Shown one piece after another: positions 58,016-64,000 of a stretch of DNA of 64,000 bases. The first letter of the stretch is position 1. Every line of letters begins with the position of its first letter. The notes beneath the pieces are model-generated. The model had not been told where the DNA came from. It did not search any database and saw nothing but the letters and a program-made list of their open reading frames with translations. The stretch is from positions 5,185-69,184 of the forward strand of contig CAVFGR010000018.1 in NCBI GenBank assembly GCA_963622135.1, in the 5' to 3' direction. The stretch is from a bacterium (GTDB lineage: Bacteria; Bacillota_I; Bacilli_A; RFN20; CAG-826). The position numbers were made by a program, and so were the translations under genes.

Positions 58016-59923
58016 ATGACTTCTAGCGCAGCTGCTGTCAAACCAAGTTTCGGCAGACGTGCGAAAAAGTTCTTCAACTCGATCGGTCAGTATCTCTCCC
58101 GCCCAGCTAACTTAATCATTGTTATCTTCGCGATATTCTTCCTCCTTGCCGTTGTTTATCCATTATTAAAGATGGTTAGCAACTCGTTGATTGTTCAATC
58201 TGGCAAGGAAGCCAAAGCCTTGAACGAAGAATTCTCAACATCATTAAAAAAGGGTAATTTTACCTTCTTGACATGGCCATATTTGTTAGCAAACAAGGGG
58301 ACTCCTGGCTATTCCGCCAACTACTTCTGGACTCCATTATATAAGTCCATTTTGATGTCTTTGGTGGCTTGCGCTGTCGCCGTTATCGGCGGTGGCGCGG
58401 TTGCGTTCCTGATCACCCGCACGAACATGCCGTTTAAAAAATTCCTTTCAACGGTTTTCGTTTTCCCATACATCATGCCTTCATGGTCGATAGCCATGTT
58501 CTGGGTCAACTTTTTCAAAAACACGAAACTAACCACCTCCTCGGGTGGTGTAGGCTTGTTGCAGTCGTTGACTGGGATATGCGCGCCTGAATGGCTGACT
58601 TATGGTTTTTGGCCTTCCGCCATATGCTTGGGCATCCACTACGCCCCATTCGCCTACATTTTGATAGGCGGCATTCTGCGTAATATGGACGCCAACTTAG
58701 AAGAAGCCGCGACGGTTTTGAAAGCCTCGCGTGGAAAGATATTAAGAAGGATCACATTGCCAATCGTCGCTCCGGCGATCGTCTCTACCGTTTTATTGGT
58801 ATTCTCTTCTTCTATCTCCAGCTACACCGTTCCTTATATGTTGAACGTCAATAAGTCGTTCACTTCCATTTCCATCGCCTTGAGAAGCGCCCTTTCTTTG
58901 GGAAAGACGGGCGAAGGCTACGTCATGGCCACCATCTTGATGATCTTCTCAATGCTTATTTTGGTCTTGAATAACTGGTTTACCAAATCACGTCGTGGTT
59001 TTACCACCGTATCTGGCAAATCGGGCCAAATCTCGAAGATCAATCTCCGCGGATGGAAATGGCCAATTGCCATCATCGTCATGATTGTGGTTATCTTCTT
59101 CGCCATCGTCCCATTGATTTCCTTCGTTTTGGAATCCTTGGAATCCACACCAGGCAATATTCATTCCATCGATTGGAAGTACTGGTTCTCGAAAACGGAT
59201 ACGATAGAAGACGCATACATCAGCTCTCGTGACCTATCGACGGCAGGCATATTCTTCAACAAAGATATTCAATCGGCTTTGGGACGCACTTTGCTTGTCT
59301 CTGTCTGCGTTTCCCTTATCTGCGGCACAATCGGCATCTTATTGGGATACGCCGTCGCCAGAAAGAGAAGATCGAGATTCGCTAACGCCGTCGGTTCTTT
59401 GGCCTTCTTGCCATATTTGATTCCGGCGATGTGCTTCAGCGCCGTCTTCTTCTCTTTGATGAAGACCAAAACATTCAGCTTCTTGGATGTTTCGACCACC
59501 GGTTCCGAATGGTCGGCAATCGCCATCTGCGTCCTTTGCGGCGGCATCAAGTTCATCCCATTCGCTTCCAGAAGCGGCACGAATGCCATGTTGCAGCTCT
59601 CTGGCGAGATCGAAGAAGCCGCCATCATCGTCAACACCCCTTGGATCAAGCGTATGACTCGCGTCATCTTCCCGATCCAAAAGTCCAGCTTCTTATCCGG
59701 CTACCTATTGCCATTCATCTCTTGCATGCGTGAATACACTTTGTTCTCGTTGATTACGGGCAACACCACGTTAGCGACCAATATCTTGGAATACTTCAAC
59801 CGCAACGGCATCGAACAGCTTGCCAACGGCATCAACTTAGTCATCGTCGTCTTGGTTGTCGGTATCAACTTGATTGTCAATAAATTGACCGGAGCGTCCA
59901 TCGATAAGGGCGTCGGAGGATAA
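58016..59923 (+). CDS. ABC transporter permease, fused double (12-TM) permease of Fe3+/thiamine/polyamine-importer type
   Basis: 635 aa with two tandem permease modules, each with an EAA-like loop (LEEAATVLKASRGKILRRITLPIVAP; IEEAAIIVNTPWIKRMTRVIFPI). AAGGAGA RBS. Confidence 0.8.
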   Translation: MTSSAAAVKPSFGRRAKKFFNSIGQYLSRPANLIIVIFAIFFLLAVVYPLLKMVSNSLIVQSGKEAKALNEEFSTSLKKGNFTFLTWPYLLANKGTPGYSANYFWTPLYKSILMSLVACAVAVIGGGAVAFLITRTNMPFKKFLSTVFVFPYIMPSWSIAMFWVNFFKNTKLTTSSGGVGLLQSLTGICAPEWLTYGFWPSAICLGIHYAPFAYILIGGILRNMDANLEEAATVLKASRGKILRRITLPIVAPAIVSTVLLVFSSSISSYTVPYMLNVNKSFTSISIALRSALSLGKTGEGYVMATILMIFSMLILVLNNWFTKSRRGFTTVSGKSGQISKINLRGWKWPIAIIVMIVVIFFAIVPLISFVLESLESTPGNIHSIDWKYWFSKTDTIEDAYISSRDLSTAGIFFNKDIQSALGRTLLVSVCVSLICGTIGILLGYAVARKRRSRFANAVGSLAFLPYLIPAMCFSAVFFSLMKTKTFSFLDVSTTGSEWSAIAICVLCGGIKFIPFASRSGTNAMLQLSGEIEEAAIIVNTPWIKRMTRVIFPIQKSSFLSGYLLPFISCMREYTLFSLITGNTTLATNILEYFNRNGIEQLANGINLVIVVLVVGINLIVNKLTGASIDKGVGG

Positions 59924-59928
59924 ACAAA

Positions 59929-61377
59929 ATGCCAAAAATCATATTAGAACACGTTACTAAAAAGTGGGGCGAATTCTATGGTGCGAAAGACTTGAACTTC
60001 GTCATCGAGGATCGCGAATTCATTACCTTGCTCGGTCCTTCTGGCTGCGGCAAGACCACCACTTTGCGTATGATCGCCGGTTTGGAAACCCCAACCTCCG
60101 GTCGTATCACCATCGGCGATAAGGTCGTCTTTGATTCCGAAACCGGCATCAATTTGAGCCCTGCCCGCCGCGACATCGGCTTCTTGTTCCAAAACTATGC
60201 CTTATGGCCGCATATGACGGTTTATAAGAACATTCGTTTCGGTCTCGAGAACATCGTCATCGAAGAGCCTAAGCTCGATAAAGAAGGAAACGAAGTCCTC
60301 GTTCCTGACCAAGATTTGATCGAAGGTTTGAAGATTTTGATCGCCAGTGAAACCGATCCAGAAAAGAAAGCTGGATATGAAGCCAAATTAGAGGCTGCCA
60401 AAGTCACGCCGGCCGTTCCTGCCATGAAGAAACGCCACCTCACCAAAGAAGAGATGGAAGAACGCATCAACGAAGTCCTCACGATGCTCAAAATCACCAA
60501 GTTCCGCGATCGTTATCCAGCGGAATTATCTGGTGGTCAGCAGCAGCGTGTCGCCATCGCTCGTACCTTAGCCACCAAGCCAAAGGTCTTGTTCATGGAC
60601 GAACCGTTGTCTAACTTGGACGCCAAGCTCCGTGGCGAGATGAGAACCGAATTGAAGCGTCTTCATAACGACACCGATTCCACCTTCATCTATGTTACCC
60701 ACGACCAGTTAGAGGCTATGTCTTTGGCCACCCGTATCTGCCTTATGAATGATGCGGTAGTCAATCAGATCGACCCACCTCTTACCGTTTATAAACGTCC
60801 AAAGAACTTGTTCGTCGCTGACTTCGTCGGCAACCCGACCATGAACTTCATCCCGGGTTTCGTCGAGAAAATCGAAGGCAATGACATCACCGTTTCCTTC
60901 TTAGGCGTAAAGGGCATCTTCCACGCTAAGGAATTAGTCGAAGGTTTGGAGCCTTTATACGAAGGCAAAGAGATCGTCTTGGGCATCCGTCCGGAATTCT
61001 TGCCAATCGTTAAGAAGAGCAAATTATCCGGCCTTGCTTATAGCACCCTCCCTACCGGCATGGAAACCACCGTCAAGATTGACTTCGGCGGCGATATCCT
61101 TTCCGCGGTCGTCTTCGGTTCCATCGACTATAAGACCGATGAAAAGATCAACTTCGATATCGTCGGGGATGGCATCATCCTCTTCGATTATGAATCCAAG
61201 AACAACTTAGCCCTTGGTTCCATCGAGGTTATCGAAGTCGGTGAAAAGCCTGAAGAGAAAGCCCATAAGATCGAGTTGGTCGCCAAAGGCGATAACCCGA
61301 ACGAAGGGGTGGACGAATCCAAGAAGAAAGGGTTCTTCAGCAAGTTCAAAAAGAAGAAAAAAGAGAAGGAAAACTAA
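59929..61377 (+). CDS. ABC transporter ATP-binding protein (PotA/FbpC-like) with ~60-aa insertion before the signature motif and Lys-rich C-terminal tail
   Basis: Walker A GPSGCGKTT, Q-loop FQNY, signature LSGGQQQRV at about residue 200, Walker B LFMDEP, H-loop VTHDQ and a C-terminal TOBE-like domain. It ends in KKKGFFSKFKKKKKEKEN. Confidence 0.9.
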   Translation: MPKIILEHVTKKWGEFYGAKDLNFVIEDREFITLLGPSGCGKTTTLRMIAGLETPTSGRITIGDKVVFDSETGINLSPARRDIGFLFQNYALWPHMTVYKNIRFGLENIVIEEPKLDKEGNEVLVPDQDLIEGLKILIASETDPEKKAGYEAKLEAAKVTPAVPAMKKRHLTKEEMEERINEVLTMLKITKFRDRYPAELSGGQQQRVAIARTLATKPKVLFMDEPLSNLDAKLRGEMRTELKRLHNDTDSTFIYVTHDQLEAMSLATRICLMNDAVVNQIDPPLTVYKRPKNLFVADFVGNPTMNFIPGFVEKIEGNDITVSFLGVKGIFHAKELVEGLEPLYEGKEIVLGIRPEFLPIVKKSKLSGLAYSTLPTGMETTVKIDFGGDILSAVVFGSIDYKTDEKINFDIVGDGIILFDYESKNNLALGSIEVIEVGEKPEEKAHKIELVAKGDNPNEGVDESKKKGFFSKFKKKKKEKEN

Positions 61378-61412
61378 TCTCTCGCTCTTTCAAAAGGGGA
61401 TATGCATGTTGC

Positions 61413-62504
61413 GTGTCCTCTTTTTTTTGGCTTAAAATAAGATTTATGAAGTACGAGGATCTTCTTAAAAAGAAGAAAGACCAAGAGAGCGACAACGCTT
61501 TACGTGACGATCTTTACCTTGCCAAAAAGCCAAATCTTATAACCCGTTATGCCGCGGCTTTACTAGATTTGCTTTGCTCTCTTATTCTCATCGTCGGTTT
61601 CTTTTTCGCCGCCCGTTACACCATTTTGGATCCAATGGGCCATAAAGAAGACGTCGATTTCGTTCATAATGCCTGCGCGGAGTCCTCTTTGTTTATCGAG
61701 GTGGGCGAAGGCTATTTTGATCTGACGGAAGATGGGATGTATGACACATCCAAGACACCTGAGCAGAATTACGAGACCCGTCTGCTTTATTACTACACCA
61801 ACTTCGATTACCCTCTCTCATTAAATAAGAAAGAGCAGTACTTCACCGATAAAGCGGCCCTTCCATATTGGAACGTCCTTATTCCAAGCGATACCTACAA
61901 TTTAGAAAAGGGTTCGAGCTTTGAAGAAATCGATGCCTGGCTCAATGCCCATTATTCCCGTTCGACAGAATATTCCGACACCCAGGATTCCCATGTCGTT
62001 GGCTGGCTTTCAAGACAATACGAAGAGGCTCTTGCTGTTTTCGACAAGGTCCCTGATTATGTCCAGCACACAAAACACGCGACCTTGACCGAATACTTCA
62101 CCTTACTCATCGCCGAAGTGCTGGGACTAGGCATTTATTACATCCTTCTCCCGTTGGTCTTAAAAAGAGGCTGCACCCCATTCAAATTGGTCTTTAAGAT
62201 GGCCATCGCCGATAAGCATGGGCTTAACCTTGCTAAAAAGACCCAAATATTAGTCAGGCATTTGTTGATTATCGTCATCAATTTCCTTATTCCGACCGTC
62301 TGGTATTTCTTCATGCCGCCATCCGTCGGATATCTAGCGATGTTGTTCCCGTTAGCGACGATCATGGTCTTAGGCCTCAGCCCGCATAATACCGGCCTCC
62401 ACGATTTGGCGGCTCAAACCTATATAGCCGACTTTAGAGACAAGCGTTTGGTCTTTAATAAGAACGACACCTTATTGGGAAACGAGCCTAAAAATCCTCA
62501 ATAA
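61413..62504 (+). CDS. RDD-family membrane protein paralogue (fourth copy)
   Basis: 363 aa from the GTG at 61413 (alternative ATG at 61446, MKYEDLL). It has the same architecture as the 29.3-32.7 kb array (RYAAALLDLLCSL; PLVLKRGCTPFKLVFK; LHDLAAQTYIADFRD). Confidence 0.55.
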   Translation: MSSFFWLKIRFMKYEDLLKKKKDQESDNALRDDLYLAKKPNLITRYAAALLDLLCSLILIVGFFFAARYTILDPMGHKEDVDFVHNACAESSLFIEVGEGYFDLTEDGMYDTSKTPEQNYETRLLYYYTNFDYPLSLNKKEQYFTDKAALPYWNVLIPSDTYNLEKGSSFEEIDAWLNAHYSRSTEYSDTQDSHVVGWLSRQYEEALAVFDKVPDYVQHTKHATLTEYFTLLIAEVLGLGIYYILLPLVLKRGCTPFKLVFKMAIADKHGLNLAKKTQILVRHLLIIVINFLIPTVWYFFMPPSVGYLAMLFPLATIMVLGLSPHNTGLHDLAAQTYIADFRDKRLVFNKNDTLLGNEPKNPQ

Positions 62505-62522
62505 ATGAATAAAATAATCAAA

Positions 62523-62547
62523 GAGCGCTTATTTAAGCGCTTTTTTA
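62523..62547 (+). terminator. Rho-independent terminator
   Basis: AGCGCTT-ATTT-AAGCGCT (7 bp perfect stem) followed by TTTTTTA, 19 nt after the RDD paralogue stop. Confidence 0.6.
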
Positions 62548-62606
62548 TTCCTTATACGCGCGTAAGGTAGCAAAATATAAGCGTATTTTTAAAAGGAGAA
62601 TATCTT

Positions 62607-63554
62607 ATGGCATTAGTAACCACCAAAGAAATGTTCAAAAGAGCCTATGAAGGCGGATACGCCGTCGGGGCTTACAACGTCGATAACCTCGAAACCTTCC
62701 AAGCCGTCGTTCAGGCTGCGGTCGAGACCAAATCCCCAATCATCATCGCCATCACCGAAAACGTCATCAAATATTTCGGCATCACCTATTTGCGCGCCAT
62801 CGTCGATAGCGCCGTCAAAGACACCGGCGTCGAAATCGCCTTGCACCTTGACCACGGCAAATCCGTCGACATCTGCAAATACTGCTGCGACAACGGCTTC
62901 ACTTCCGTTATGATCGACGCTTCCGCTCTTCCATACGAAGACAATATCAAAGCCACCAAGGAAGTCGTTGAATACGCCCACGCTAGAGGCGTCGTCGTCG
63001 AATCCGAATTAGGTGCCATCGCCGGCATCGAAGACGGAGAAGTCACTGGAGACAAATATGGCGTCTTCACCCATCCAGATCAGGCCGTTGACTTCGTTAC
63101 CCGCACCGGTATCGATAGCTTAGCCATCGCCATCGGCACCGCTCACGGCGCTTATAAGTTCAAACCAGGCACCAATCCGAAACTCCGTTTGGATATCTTA
63201 GACGAAATCACCGCCAAGCTTCCTGGCTTCCCACTCGTCTTGCATGGCGCTTCTTCCGTTCCACAGGACGCCGTTGCCAGATTGAATAAGTTCGGCGGAC
63301 AGATGCCAGCTGCCATCGGTATCCCTGATGATATGCTCCGCGAAGCTGCCAGACGTGGCGTTTGCAAGATCAACACCGGCACCGACCTCCGCGTCGTCTT
63401 CACCGGCTCGATCAGAGAGTTCTTCATCGAACAACCGAAGGAATACGAAATCCGCAAATACACCACTCCAGCCAAAAACGATGTTTGCAACCTCATCAAG
63501 AACAAGATGGAAAACATCTATGGTTCCGCCGGCCACGCCGTCGAATCCAAATAA
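62607..63554 (+). CDS. Class II fructose/tagatose-bisphosphate aldolase, paralogue 2
   Basis: 315 aa, about 65% identical to the 54463-55410 product. Identical blocks include GFTSVMIDASALPYE and EVVEYAHARGVVVESELGAIAGIED. AAAGGAGA RBS. Confidence 0.9.
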   Translation: MALVTTKEMFKRAYEGGYAVGAYNVDNLETFQAVVQAAVETKSPIIIAITENVIKYFGITYLRAIVDSAVKDTGVEIALHLDHGKSVDICKYCCDNGFTSVMIDASALPYEDNIKATKEVVEYAHARGVVVESELGAIAGIEDGEVTGDKYGVFTHPDQAVDFVTRTGIDSLAIAIGTAHGAYKFKPGTNPKLRLDILDEITAKLPGFPLVLHGASSVPQDAVARLNKFGGQMPAAIGIPDDMLREAARRGVCKINTGTDLRVVFTGSIREFFIEQPKEYEIRKYTTPAKNDVCNLIKNKMENIYGSAGHAVESK

Positions 63555-63560
63555 CTTCTA

Positions 63561-63592
63561 AGGCCAGGGTTCTCTCTGGCCTTTCTTTTTTA
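63561..63592 (+). terminator. Rho-independent terminator/attenuator between the two aldolase genes
   Basis: AGGCCAG-GGTTCTCT-CTGGCCT (7 bp perfect stem) followed by TTCTTTTTTAGG. The RBS AGGAGAG of the next gene follows directly. Confidence 0.6.
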
Positions 63593-63603
63593 GGAGAGAC
63601 TTT

Positions 63604-64000
63604 ATGTACGATTATCATGAATTAGGTTTCGTTAATAGCAAGGAGATGCTTCTCAAAGCCTATAAGGAAGGTTATGCCGTTCCGGCTTTTTATCCTATTT
63701 CCATCGAGCAGATGAACGCCATAACCGACATCATTATCGAAAATAACTCGCCTCTGATCGTTTTAGCCTCTTCCAACTTGGAACATCAGCTAGAGCCAGA
63801 GATGTTGGCCCGTATGGTCCAAGGGGCCGTGGATAGAATCAAACACGCTGGAAAGAATCTCCCAGTAGCCTTGCATTTAGACCATGGCAAATCCTATGAA
63901 GCCTGCGTGGAAGCCATCAACAATGGTTTTTCCTCGGTAATGATCGATGGATCCATGTTGCCGTTTGAAGAGAATATCGAATTGACCAAGAAGGTCGTCA
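63604..64000 (+). CDS. Class II ketose-bisphosphate aldolase, paralogue 3 (5' part; runs off window end)
   Basis: The frame is open from the ATG at 63604 to the window end. MYDYHELGFVNSKEMLLKAYKEGYAVPAFY...ALHLDHGKSYEACVEAINNGFSSVMIDGS matches the class II aldolase N-terminal half. Confidence 0.8.
   Translation, partial: MYDYHELGFVNSKEMLLKAYKEGYAVPAFYPISIEQMNAITDIIIENNSPLIVLASSNLEHQLEPEMLARMVQGAVDRIKHAGKNLPVALHLDHGKSYEACVEAINNGFSSVMIDGSMLPFEENIELTKKVV

Noticed and set aside
62548-62606. Near-palindrome CCTTATACGCGCGTAAGG upstream of aldolase paralogue 2, considered as an operator equivalent to the 55479-55496 palindrome
   Set aside because: It is an imperfect palindrome (the central TA/CG positions do not pair) and is unrelated in sequence to ATTGTAA-N4-TTACAAT. 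It could be a 5'-UTR hairpin but the evidence is too weak to call.

Overview
This 64 kb window reads as a Firmicute chromosome segment (Bacilli/Erysipelotrichia-like). Gene order around the rif/str ribosomal cluster matches Bacillus: cysS-rlmB-sigH-rpmG-secE-nusG-[insertion]-rplK-rplA-rplJ-rplL-ybxB-rpoB-rpoC-rpsL-rpsG-fusA-tuf. All long ORFs are intact under the standard genetic code, so this is not a UGA=Trp Mollicute, although it has many lipoproteins with Cys lipoboxes. Genes at 1-55.4 kb are almost all on the minus strand; from 55.5 kb onward all are on the plus strand.

Left part: an XRE regulator fragment, whiA, trxB, a double-length Lgt, uvrA and a Fic-like/HTH hypothetical. Then pyruvate:ferredoxin oxidoreductase, an SBP+permease pair facing a divergent Crp-family regulator with a perfect CRP palindrome, tRNA-Lys(CTT), a BIG2 surface lipoprotein and a trimeric HydABC [FeFe]-hydrogenase.

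Accessory content: (1) one operon of a CUT1-type ABC importer (ATPase, two permeases, two tandem SBP paralogues) followed by a thermonuclease-domain membrane lipoprotein and a small lipoprotein; (2) three tandem divergent RDD-family membrane-protein paralogues directly upstream of tuf, with a fourth copy at 61.4 kb; (3) an ArsR/CzrA-type regulator plus His-rich P1B heavy-metal ATPase inserted between nusG and rplK, with its own operator-like repeats and terminator; (4) a right-hand plus-strand block of tyrosine phosphatase, ABC importer with fused 12-TM permease, RDD paralogue and two further class II aldolase paralogues.

I found no CRISPR array, rRNA, transposase or integrase. Several rho-independent terminators and candidate operators are listed. 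All identifications rest on reading motifs and gene order by eye; no searches were run.
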